From: a virus
Direction: 5' to 3' (one strand)
Virus record (IMG/VR): IMGVR_UViG_3300045988_014288
Span: 1 to 41,939 of that record
DNA length: 41,939 nucleotides
Shown in pieces: positions 1-7,237 of the stretch. Made by a program: the position numbers and the translations under genes. Every line of letters begins with the position of its first letter. The first letter of the stretch is position 1. Under the pieces are notes generated by a model, which did not search any database, had not been told where the DNA came from, and saw only the letters and a list, made by a program, of their open reading frames with translations.

Positions 1-99
1 CGGACATGTAGCATTTTGGCGTTATTTGGTGAAATTTTATGGATATACCGAAGAGGAAGCAAAAAAAATTTCACAAGAAGCCAAAGAGGAAAAAAAAAC
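1..99. repeat. 99-bp exact direct terminal repeat, copy 1 (identical to 41841..41939); circular-assembly overlap or terminal redundancy
   Basis: Base-by-base comparison of the first and last 99 nt of the window shows they are identical (cggacatgtagcattttggcg...gaggaaaaaaaaac). Confidence 0.95.
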
Positions 100-124
100 G
101 AGAGGTTTTTTTGAAGAAGAGTAA
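1..124 (+). CDS. portal protein, C-terminal 40 codons (continuation of the ORF that runs off the window end)
   Basis: The frame of the 40477/40513 ORF enters the repeat at 41842, which equals position 2. It reads GHVAFWRYLVKFYGYTEEEAKKISQEAKEEKKTRGFFEEE and ends at TAA 122-124. Confidence 0.8.
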   Translation, partial: GHVAFWRYLVKFYGYTEEEAKKISQEAKEEKKTRGFFEEE

Positions 125-191
125 TGAGGTTAGAGCAATGGTTAAAGAAGCTCAGCCAGACGAGCCAAAACTATTCGGAGAGGAGTAAGTT

Positions 192-1853
192 ATGAGTTAT
201 ATACCAGAGCCAGTTACGAGAATAGATAAATACCTTGCTTATATTGCTGGAAACATGGACGTTGCTCTTCCAGATCATCCAATAACCAGAAAAGAGCATT
301 ATCTTGCGGCGTGGGCTGAGAAAAGTGGATTTGAGGATGTGGATGTTACGGGCAAACCGCCACTGACGCTCGAGAATGCTATCGGCGAGCCGTTGAAGGG
401 GCTGAAACTCTATGGCAAGAGTAAGCAGGTAACGACTACTGGAGCGCAGTTGTTGGATTATGATAACTTAATGCCAGATATGGCGTATGGTATAGATGGA
501 GCATTACAATCTAATAAGGGCTATGCAAGTTCTCAACTCATCAAAGTTACGGGTAATAGTCCATATACTATTAGTGGACTCAGTAATATTGCAGTCATTA
601 TATTGCAGTATTCCTCTGAAAAAGTATTGCTATCAAGAAAATCATCTAATACCAATGGTACGTATACAACGCTTGAGGATACTTGCTATATAGGGCTTAC
701 GTTTTATGCCAATGTTACAGTTGATATGCTTAAGAATGCCATGCTAAACGCCGGTTCCACCCCGTTGCCCTTGGAACCTTACACAGGCGGTCTTCCGAGC
801 CCATCACCCGATTATCCACAGGAGATTGAGAGTGCCGGCAGTTATGGGAAGATTGGCATAGAGGTGCAGGGGAAGAATCTTATTAACGCAGACGAATACT
901 ATTCTCAGTTTAAACAGTCCGATGGAACATATAAAGCGAAAACAGTTACTTTAAATAGTATCAAAATATCGTTGAGTGAGTTTGTAGGAAAAAAAATAAC
1001 GCTTAGTGTTAAATTAACAGTTGGAACAAATACTACTGCTGTATATTTAATTTATATTGGTTCAGAACGAAATAGGATTAATGGTTCAGCAGTAACTTCT
1101 GGACTTACAGGAAAAAGTACATTAACAGTAACACCTGTTTCAAATACAGATTATTTCGTTATTACATATAGTAATGGAAATGGTGATGTTGCGTTTTCGG
1201 AATTGCAATTAGAGCTGGGTTCAGTTACTACAAGTTACGAACCATACCACGAACCACAATCCATGTCCATCACGACACCAAACGGATTACCTGGTATTCC
1301 AGTATCCTCTGGCGGCAATTACACAGACACAGACGGCCAGAAGTGGGTCTGTGATGAGATTGATTTTGGTCGTGGGGTGTATGTGCAGAGAATTGCGAAA
1401 GAAGTATTGAATGGAACTGAACGTGTTAAATGGATTTCACAAATCAAAGATGTTGTGAGATTTTCGATAGAAACAAAGTACCATGTTTTTCGCAACTATG
1501 ACGCAGACATTTCACAAAAAGGGTTGAATGGTTTTTTCTCTCATGGAACATACTATACTAATTACTCTCTTAACGATATCCACGGATATGCGGACGGTGA
1601 TAACATGTATATCTTTCTGCCAATTATTGACGTACTTGGAAATGATGCTGATAGCATCGCAGCATATATAATGGAGCAACATGAAAATGGCAGTCCATTG
1701 ACCATGTACTATATCGTTGCTACTCCAATCGAAACCACTCTCACCGCCGACCAGCTAGCCGCATACAAGCAACTCCATACCTACAAAGGCACCACCATCA
1801 TAGATAATGATGCCGGGGCATATATGAGCGTAAGATATGAAAAAATGAAATAA
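192..1853 (+). CDS. fibre / carbohydrate-binding-like structural protein (553 aa), function unproven
   Basis: RBS GGAGAGGAG lies 6 nt upstream. Two modules end in G-S-x5-EPY motifs (NAGSTPLPLEPY, LELGSVTTSYEPY), as seen in Gram-positive phage fibre and receptor-binding proteins. The N-terminal motif is shared with the next gene. Confidence 0.55.
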   Translation: MSYIPEPVTRIDKYLAYIAGNMDVALPDHPITRKEHYLAAWAEKSGFEDVDVTGKPPLTLENAIGEPLKGLKLYGKSKQVTTTGAQLLDYDNLMPDMAYGIDGALQSNKGYASSQLIKVTGNSPYTISGLSNIAVIILQYSSEKVLLSRKSSNTNGTYTTLEDTCYIGLTFYANVTVDMLKNAMLNAGSTPLPLEPYTGGLPSPSPDYPQEIESAGSYGKIGIEVQGKNLINADEYYSQFKQSDGTYKAKTVTLNSIKISLSEFVGKKITLSVKLTVGTNTTAVYLIYIGSERNRINGSAVTSGLTGKSTLTVTPVSNTDYFVITYSNGNGDVAFSELQLELGSVTTSYEPYHEPQSMSITTPNGLPGIPVSSGGNYTDTDGQKWVCDEIDFGRGVYVQRIAKEVLNGTERVKWISQIKDVVRFSIETKYHVFRNYDADISQKGLNGFFSHGTYYTNYSLNDIHGYADGDNMYIFLPIIDVLGNDADSIAAYIMEQHENGSPLTMYYIVATPIETTLTADQLAAYKQLHTYKGTTIIDNDAGAYMSVRYEKMK

Positions 1854-1866
1854 AGGAGATGATAAT

Positions 1867-2130
1867 ATGGCATACTTACCGGATCCCGTAACGAGGGAAG
1901 AACAATACTTATATGCTATTGCTAAAAATGATGAAGAAATCCAGAAACAGGCACTTTTAACCCAGTATGTAGCCGCTATGGCTGATGTATATATTCCAGA
2001 GGAGGATGCAGATGTACAAAATATTACTACAGCTTCAGAAGTTTTATCCACCGGAAACGTGGAGGAAAATGGTGGAACAGGCGAAGGAACGGGGAAAACT
2101 TACGGAGGAAGAATATCATCAACTAATTAA
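1867..2130 (+). CDS. hypothetical protein (87 aa) sharing the N-terminal 21-aa motif of the preceding fibre-like protein
   Basis: RBS AAAGGAG. MAYLPDPVTREEQYLYAIAKN compared with MSYIPEPVTRIDKYLAYIAGN gives 12/21 identical. The C-terminus is acidic and Gly-rich. Confidence 0.6.
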   Translation: MAYLPDPVTREEQYLYAIAKNDEEIQKQALLTQYVAAMADVYIPEEDADVQNITTASEVLSTGNVEENGGTGEGTGKTYGGRISSTN

Positions 2131-2299
2131 CTAAAAGGGCTTTAGTTAACCAGTAAAAAACCAAAACACGCACCACGACATTTATTGAAAGAGGTGATAT
2201 GCTATACTTAGTCCAGAATATTTACGGCAAATTACAGAGGGCAGTGAACAGATAGCTGAAGAACTACATCAGTATATCATCTCTGAGATCGTATCGAGA

Positions 2300-3433
2300 A
2301 TGATGGCAAGAATCGGCAGGGGTGAAGATTATATTCTGACCAATGCTGATGCGTGGAGAATCAGAACACTACAGGAATCCGGCGAACTGCTAGAGGACAT
2401 TCTGGCAGAAATATCCAGATATACCAAACGTGAACAGCAGGAACTTCTTGAAGCGTTTGAAGATGCCGGAATCACTGCAATGAACTATGATGACAAGGTA
2501 TATAAGGCAGCAGGATTAAACCCTGTGCCGCTTGAGCAATCCCCAGCTATGATAAGGCTCATGGAACGAAATATGCTTGCAACCATGGGTGAGTGGAAGA
2601 ACTTCACGCGAACAACCGCAAGTGCCGCTCAAAGGCTTTATATTGAGCAATGCGACCTTGCATATAATCATGTGATGACTGGGGCAGTTGGATATACGCA
2701 AGCTATCAAAGAGGCAGTTAATAACGTTGTGAGTGATGGTGTGACAGTCACATATCCATCTGGTAAAAAAGACACGATTGAAACAGCAGTTGCACGTTCT
2801 GTCAGAACTGGCGTGGCTCAGGCTACGGGAGATATATCCTTAAAGCGCATGGAAGAAATGGACTGGGATTTAATTCTGGTCAGTGCACACATGGGAGCTA
2901 GAACAGGTGACGGCGGTCAGAATCCGGGCAATCACTCATGGTGGCAAGGTAAGATATACTCTCGTTCTGGCAAGAGTAAGAAATTTCCACCATTCTCATT
3001 GACCGGATATGGAACGGCAAGTGGACTGTCAGGAGTCAACTGTCGGCATAGTTTCGGAGCCAGTGACGGGGAATTTAATCCCTATGCAGAACTATCGGCA
3101 CAGGACAAAGCTGACAAAGGCAAGCAGTACGAAAAGGAACAGCGACAACGTACTTATGAACGAAGAATCCGAAAAACAAAGAGAGAAGTCCTTGGAATGC
3201 AATCGGCGGTTGATAACTGCAAGGATGAAAAGACAAGATTTGCGCTCCAACAAGACCTTGACCGGAAGTCTTATCTTTTGCGGAAACAAAATGCTGCATA
3301 CAAAGATTACTGCAAGCAGAACGACCTGAGGGAACTGCAAGACCGGCTCATGATCGCAAAATGGAACCGCCAGAATGCCGCGAAGGCCAGAGGAGCGGCA
3401 AAGAGATATAAAACAGCAAAGGGGATTGACTGA
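2300..3433 (+). CDS. minor capsid / head morphogenesis protein (Phage_min_cap2, SPP1 gp7-like)
   Basis: 377-aa ORF in the position after portal typical of A118/SPP1-type modules, with a basic KR-rich C-terminus. The frame stays open upstream to 2198 and encodes family-like N-terminal sequence (see finding). Confidence 0.75.
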   Translation: MMARIGRGEDYILTNADAWRIRTLQESGELLEDILAEISRYTKREQQELLEAFEDAGITAMNYDDKVYKAAGLNPVPLEQSPAMIRLMERNMLATMGEWKNFTRTTASAAQRLYIEQCDLAYNHVMTGAVGYTQAIKEAVNNVVSDGVTVTYPSGKKDTIETAVARSVRTGVAQATGDISLKRMEEMDWDLILVSAHMGARTGDGGQNPGNHSWWQGKIYSRSGKSKKFPPFSLTGYGTASGLSGVNCRHSFGASDGEFNPYAELSAQDKADKGKQYEKEQRQRTYERRIRKTKREVLGMQSAVDNCKDEKTRFALQQDLDRKSYLLRKQNAAYKDYCKQNDLRELQDRLMIAKWNRQNAAKARGAAKRYKTAKGID

Positions 3434-3819
3434 TGGATGATAGATGGGAATATTTCAATCCGAATCCTGTTAAGGATAAGAGAACAGGAGATTGTGTTGT
3501 CCGGGCAATATGCAAAGCAACTGGTTTTGACTGGGAAACAGTATTCACCGGATTAATGATACAGGCGTGCGCCCTGTCAGATATGCCAAGCGCAAATTAT
3601 GTCTGGGGAGCGTACCTTTATAAGCATGGGTACAGACGCAAACTGATTGAACAGTCAGAACGATATATCTATACAGTCAACGACTTTTGCGCGGACCATC
3701 CGACAGGCACATATATTCTCTGCATAGATGGTCATGTGGTGACAGTACAAGAGGGCAAATATTTCGATACATGGGATTCCGGTAATGAGATCCCGGTATA
3801 TTACTGGGAAAAGGAGTAA
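3433..3819 (+). CDS. conserved phage hypothetical protein, possible Cys/His (papain-like) fold
   Basis: 128 aa with TGATG overlap onto the upstream gene. Motifs GDCVVRAI, DGHVV and DTWDSG recall a recurrent Gram-positive phage family of unknown function. Confidence 0.5.
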   Translation: MDDRWEYFNPNPVKDKRTGDCVVRAICKATGFDWETVFTGLMIQACALSDMPSANYVWGAYLYKHGYRRKLIEQSERYIYTVNDFCADHPTGTYILCIDGHVVTVQEGKYFDTWDSGNEIPVYYWEKE

Positions 3820-3823
3820 CTAA

Positions 3824-4129
3824 ATGAGCATATCAGAATTTGTACAGATTTTCCTCTCTATCTGCGGAGGAGTATCCATTGTCGGAGGGGCGGCAGCCGT
3901 AATTTTTAAGTGGATTACCCCGGCATTCCGACTTAATAAACGGGTAGAGACACTGGAAGAACATGATAGACGAGATTATGAAAGTCTTCGGAGGATCGCA
4001 GAACGTGATTCATTGATTCTGGAAGTGTTATCAACCATGTTGGACAGTCAGATTAGTGGGAACAATGTCGAGGAATTAAAAAAAACAAAACAGAAGCTTA
4101 CAAATTATCTTGCACAGAATCAGCGTTAA
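3824..4129 (+). CDS. membrane-anchored coiled-coil protein (one N-terminal TM helix)
   Basis: RBS AAAAGGAG. Hydrophobic segment FVQIFLSICGGVSIVGGAAAVIF followed by a charged helical tail. The architecture resembles BhlA-like holins, but the family is not established. Confidence 0.6.
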   Translation: MSISEFVQIFLSICGGVSIVGGAAAVIFKWITPAFRLNKRVETLEEHDRRDYESLRRIAERDSLILEVLSTMLDSQISGNNVEELKKTKQKLTNYLAQNQR

Positions 4130-4149
4130 CATTAGTAAGGGGTATGCTC

Positions 4150-4350
4150 ATGAAATTATATGTGTTCACTAAGAAAGATATAGACAGATTCTTGATAGAG
4201 TGTAATTTTACACCGGACGAAGAAAGACTGTTCCGGCTGAGATGTAAGGAATATACGCTTGAATACTGTGCTGAACAGATGAATGTGAGTATCTCCACGG
4301 CGAAACGATTGAGTCGCCGGGTAAACAATAAAATAATTAAAGTATGCTGA
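4150..4350 (+). CDS. stand-alone sigma-70 region-4-like HTH protein (66 aa)
   Basis: FTPDEERLFRLRCKEYTLEYCAEQMNVSISTAKRLSRRVNNKI fits the region 4.2 pattern (E-R-x-x-F-x-LR ... IS-x-x-T-x-K-x-x-x-x-R). The second ATG was chosen because AAGGGG lies 7 nt upstream. Confidence 0.6.
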   Translation: MKLYVFTKKDIDRFLIECNFTPDEERLFRLRCKEYTLEYCAEQMNVSISTAKRLSRRVNNKIIKVC

Positions 4351-4370
4351 TACTTTTTAGACACTAATTA

Positions 4371-4404
4371 GAGCCAGAAACGAACTGTTTCCGGTTCTTT
4401 TTTT
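4371..4404 (+). terminator. intrinsic terminator
   Basis: Stem gagccagaaacg / tgtttccggttc with one mismatch and a 3-nt loop, followed by seven T (4398-4404). Confidence 0.7.
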
Positions 4405-4438
4405 ATGCAAAAATATAATCAGAAAGGTGGTGCATAAG

Positions 4439-4909
4439 ATGGCATTATATAACAATCCTTATCAATATAGTTTTGGCGTTCCGGGACAGATGAACCAATT
4501 TCAGCAACAGCCTGTCCAGATGCCAGCTCAACCAGTACAGCAACCCCAGCAAAATAGTAATGGTATCCTGTGGGTATCTGGCGAAGTAGGCGCAAAATCC
4601 TATCTGGTAGCACCCGGGACAAGTGTTTTACTGATGGACAGTGAAAGCGAAAAGTTCTACATAAAATCCACAGACGTTTCCGGTATGCCACAGCCATTAC
4701 GGACGTTTGAGTATCACGAAATAGGCTCTCAGATGCCACCTAAACAGCCTACTCAGAACATGGACAATAAATATGTCACGAGACAGGAATATGACGATTT
4801 AAAGGGCAAATACGAAGCTATCATAAACCGATTAAATTCTTTTTCTGAACCTGTTAGGGCTAATACCGCACAGGAATCAGCGGTCAAGGGAGGAAACGCA
4901 GATGAGTAA
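4439..4909 (+). CDS. hypothetical protein, Q/P-rich N-terminus plus beta-rich core (cassette gene A)
   Basis: RBS GAAAGGTGG 8 nt upstream of ATG 4439. N-terminal QQQPVQMPAQPVQQPQQ tract, then GILWVSGEVGAKSYLVAPGTSVLLMDSESEKFYIKS. Confidence 0.65.
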   Translation: MALYNNPYQYSFGVPGQMNQFQQQPVQMPAQPVQQPQQNSNGILWVSGEVGAKSYLVAPGTSVLLMDSESEKFYIKSTDVSGMPQPLRTFEYHEIGSQMPPKQPTQNMDNKYVTRQEYDDLKGKYEAIINRLNSFSEPVRANTAQESAVKGGNADE

Positions 4910-5123
4910 TCCATTATTTAACGCGCTCGGTGGTGGGATGTCGCAGGGAAACGGGCCAATGCAGATGATACAGCAGTTTATGCAGTTTAAACAGAATTTT
5001 AAGGGAGACCCGAAAGCAGAAGTTGAGAAGATGCTACAATCTGGAAAGATTTCTCAGCAACAACTTAATCAAGTTCAGCAGATGGCAGGGCAGTTTCAAC
5101 ACATGCTAAAAGGAATGAAATAG
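4902..5123 (+). CDS. hypothetical Gln-rich small protein (73 aa, cassette gene B)
   Basis: RBS GGGAGGA. 15 Gln in 73 aa (MQMIQQFMQFKQNF ... QQQLNQVQQMAGQFQ). Overlaps gene A by 8 nt. Confidence 0.6.
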   Translation: MSNPLFNALGGGMSQGNGPMQMIQQFMQFKQNFKGDPKAEVEKMLQSGKISQQQLNQVQQMAGQFQHMLKGMK

Positions 5124-5177
5124 TACATTACAATCTGGCCAGATTGATGTAAATACACAATAAAGGAGATTATAACT

Positions 5178-5957
5178 ATGGATGGAAATTACAGTTTGTC
5201 AGATATTGCCGCTGCTACTGGAAACGGTAGAAATAATGACGGCATGTTTGGTGGAGATGGTAGCTGGTGGATTATTGTTTTATTCATTTTTGCTTTCTTC
5301 GGATGGGGAAACAATGGCTGGGGCAATAATGGCAACGGTGGCGGATATGCAGCCACAGCAGCTACTCAGGCAGACATTCAGAGAGGATTCGATAACTCCG
5401 CAGTAATCAGCAAGCTTGACGGAATCAATAGTGGCCTGTGTGATGGATTCTATGCCATGAATAACGGTATGCTTACCGGTTTTAACGGAATCAACACAAA
5501 CATCATGCAGACCGGCTTTGGGATCCAGCAGGCAATTAATGCTGATACTGTAGCGAATATGCAGAATACCAATGCTTTACAGGCACAGCTTGCGAACTGC
5601 TGTTGCGAGACTCGGGAAGCTATCCAGGGCGTGAACTACAACATGGCACAGAACACCTGTGCATTGCAGAACACCATGAATAGCAACACAAGAGACATTA
5701 TTGACAGTCAGAATGCTGGAACAAGAGCCATTCTTGATTATCTTTGCAATGAAAAGATTTCTAACCTGCAGGCTGAAAACAATGACCTCAGACGTGCCGC
5801 TTCTCAGGATCGCCAGAGCGCACTGCTCACAACTGCAATGGCTTCTCAGACACAGCAGCTCATTAATGCGATTAATCCGGCACCGATTCCGGCATATCAG
5901 GTTCCTAACCCGAACACATTTTACGGATGCGGATGCAATACTGGATGCAATTGCTGA
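5178..5957 (+). CDS. hypothetical membrane protein, Gly/Asn-rich, 10 Cys including CCC and a C-terminal GCGCNTGCNC (cassette gene C)
   Basis: RBS AAAGGAG. TM segment WWIIVLFIFAFFGW flanked by GG/NG repeats, a long N/Q/T-rich region, and Cys clusters. Confidence 0.65.
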   Translation: MDGNYSLSDIAAATGNGRNNDGMFGGDGSWWIIVLFIFAFFGWGNNGWGNNGNGGGYAATAATQADIQRGFDNSAVISKLDGINSGLCDGFYAMNNGMLTGFNGINTNIMQTGFGIQQAINADTVANMQNTNALQAQLANCCCETREAIQGVNYNMAQNTCALQNTMNSNTRDIIDSQNAGTRAILDYLCNEKISNLQAENNDLRRAASQDRQSALLTTAMASQTQQLINAINPAPIPAYQVPNPNTFYGCGCNTGCNC

Positions 5958-6019
5958 TAACTTCATATCGAGAGTATCTTTCGATTGACTCGAATGTCGG
6001 CTTATGCCGTATTACACAG

Positions 6020-6048
6020 AGGGGCAGGCTGAGACCTGTCCTTTTGTG
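6020..6048 (+). terminator. intrinsic terminator inside the cassette
   Basis: Stem ggggcagg / cctgtcc(t) with a 6-nt loop ctgaga, followed by ttttgtg. Confidence 0.55.
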
Positions 6049-6068
6049 ATATGAAAGGAGTAAAAATT

Positions 6069-6491
6069 ATGGCAGAATTTACAAATGTAGCTGCTCAGAC
6101 TGTAGCAGCAAACGGAAACGTAGTATTTTCAAACACAGCAGTTAAAGGTTCTAACTGTATTCAGCACAGAGAGGGAAGTGGAATCATCACTCTGAGAGGA
6201 CTGACTAATCAGTGCAAAGCGAGATTCTTTGTGGATTTCTCCGGCAACATTGCGATTCCAACAGGCGGCACTGTCGGAACTATTTCTCTGGCTATTGCAA
6301 TTTCTGGCGAGCCGGTTCTTTCTTCACAGATGATCTCCACACCGGCAGCAGTAGATCAGTACAACAATGTGTCCACAGGCATCTATATTGATGTACCTCG
6401 CGGATGTTGCGTTAACATCGCAGTAGAGAACACAAGCGATCAGGATGTTTCTGTTGCGAACGCAAACATTGTTGTGACCAGAGAAGCGTAG
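6069..6491 (+). CDS. hypothetical protein with BclA-C-terminal/C1q-like (TNF jelly-roll) sequence pattern (cassette gene D)
   Basis: RBS AAAGGAG 8 nt upstream of ATG 6069. The pattern Q-x-V-x-x-x-GNVVF ... H-x-x-GS-x-I-x-L ... ISGEPV ... ENTS ... ANIVV resembles exosporium BclA C-terminal domains. Judged by eye only. Confidence 0.45.
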   Translation: MAEFTNVAAQTVAANGNVVFSNTAVKGSNCIQHREGSGIITLRGLTNQCKARFFVDFSGNIAIPTGGTVGTISLAIAISGEPVLSSQMISTPAAVDQYNNVSTGIYIDVPRGCCVNIAVENTSDQDVSVANANIVVTREA

Positions 6492-6502
6492 GAGGTGTGA
6501 TT

Positions 6503-7057
6503 ATGAGAGATATTAAAGACTTATGCGCAAGAATCGAAGATGAACTGTCCAAAATCGCTGACAATGGACTTACCACCGGAAATCTGGAAATGACATACAA
6601 ACTGATTGATATGTACAAAGATATCAAGAATACGCAGTACTGGGATAAGAAAGTAGAGTACTACAACACTGTCCTTGATGAGATGCGTAGCGGCTACAAT
6701 GACGATTACAGCGAACGTGGAAGAAAACGTGACAGTATGGGGAGATACAGCTCAAATGATGGCAGAATGATGCCAGATTACGACCGGGGCAGTTCCTATG
6801 CCAGACGTGGCGAACATTATGTCAGAGGGCATTACAGCCGCTCTGACGGACGAGATGCTTATGACGACTATATGACGCAGAAACAGAGCTATCGCTCCGG
6901 TAAATCTGAGGACTGCAAAAGAAAGATGCTTGCCGCTCTGGAAGAGCATCTGGACGAACTTACAACAGAAATGAGCGATATGTCCAAGGATGCAGAATGC
7001 CGGGAAGAACGTGATCTTGTAAAGAGATACGTAGAAAAACTCCGTGATATGCTCTAA
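6503..7057 (+). CDS. hypothetical protein, helical ends around an R/S/Y/D/G-rich low-complexity core (cassette gene E)
   Basis: RBS AGGAGG 7 nt upstream of ATG 6503. Central stretch SERGRKRDSMGRYSSNDGRMMPDYDRGSSYARRGEHYVRGHYSRSDGRDAYDDY. Confidence 0.65.
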   Translation: MRDIKDLCARIEDELSKIADNGLTTGNLEMTYKLIDMYKDIKNTQYWDKKVEYYNTVLDEMRSGYNDDYSERGRKRDSMGRYSSNDGRMMPDYDRGSSYARRGEHYVRGHYSRSDGRDAYDDYMTQKQSYRSGKSEDCKRKMLAALEEHLDELTTEMSDMSKDAECREERDLVKRYVEKLRDML

Positions 7058-7063
7058 AAACGC

Positions 7064-7103
7064 AAAAGTGGTAGAGAGGTAGTTAAAATAAATCTGTTAT
7101 AAT
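7064..7103 (+). promoter_or_regulatory. promoter, copy A: AAAAGTGGTAGAGAG - 16 nt - TGT TATAAT
   Basis: The 15-nt motif is identical to 38296-38310 and has identical 16-nt spacing to an extended -10 (TGnTATAAT). It lies upstream of the scaffold and capsid genes. Confidence 0.6.
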
Positions 7104-7189
7104 GTAATTGTGCAGCAGGAAGCACAAGTAAAACGGTTGTTTTTGACATTTTCGTTTTAATCCTCCTTTCTTTAATTTTTGTAGCTGGT

Positions 7190-7237
7190 GCGCACGCTTA
7201 ATGGAAAGTTAAGCAGGTTCGAGTCCTGCCGTGCGTA
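7190..7237 (+). ncRNA. tRNA-like module 1 (acceptor stem + single hairpin + canonical T-arm; no D-arm)
   Basis: GCGCACG (7190-96) pairs with CGTGCGT (7230-36). Hairpin CTTAA-TGGAAAG-TTAAG (7197-7213). T-arm GCAGG-TTCGAGT-CCTGC (7213-29). Discriminator-like A at 7237. Confidence 0.5.

Noticed and set aside
7054-7149. 31-codon - strand micro-ORF (MSKTTVLLVLPAAQLHYNRFILTTSLPLLRF) downstream of AAAGGAGGA
   Set aside because: RBS-to-ATG spacing is 11 nt. The ORF lies entirely over the duplicated + strand promoter motif. The peptide is only weakly hydrophobic. It cannot be excluded (a type I toxin-like gene is conceivable), but there is not enough support to call it.
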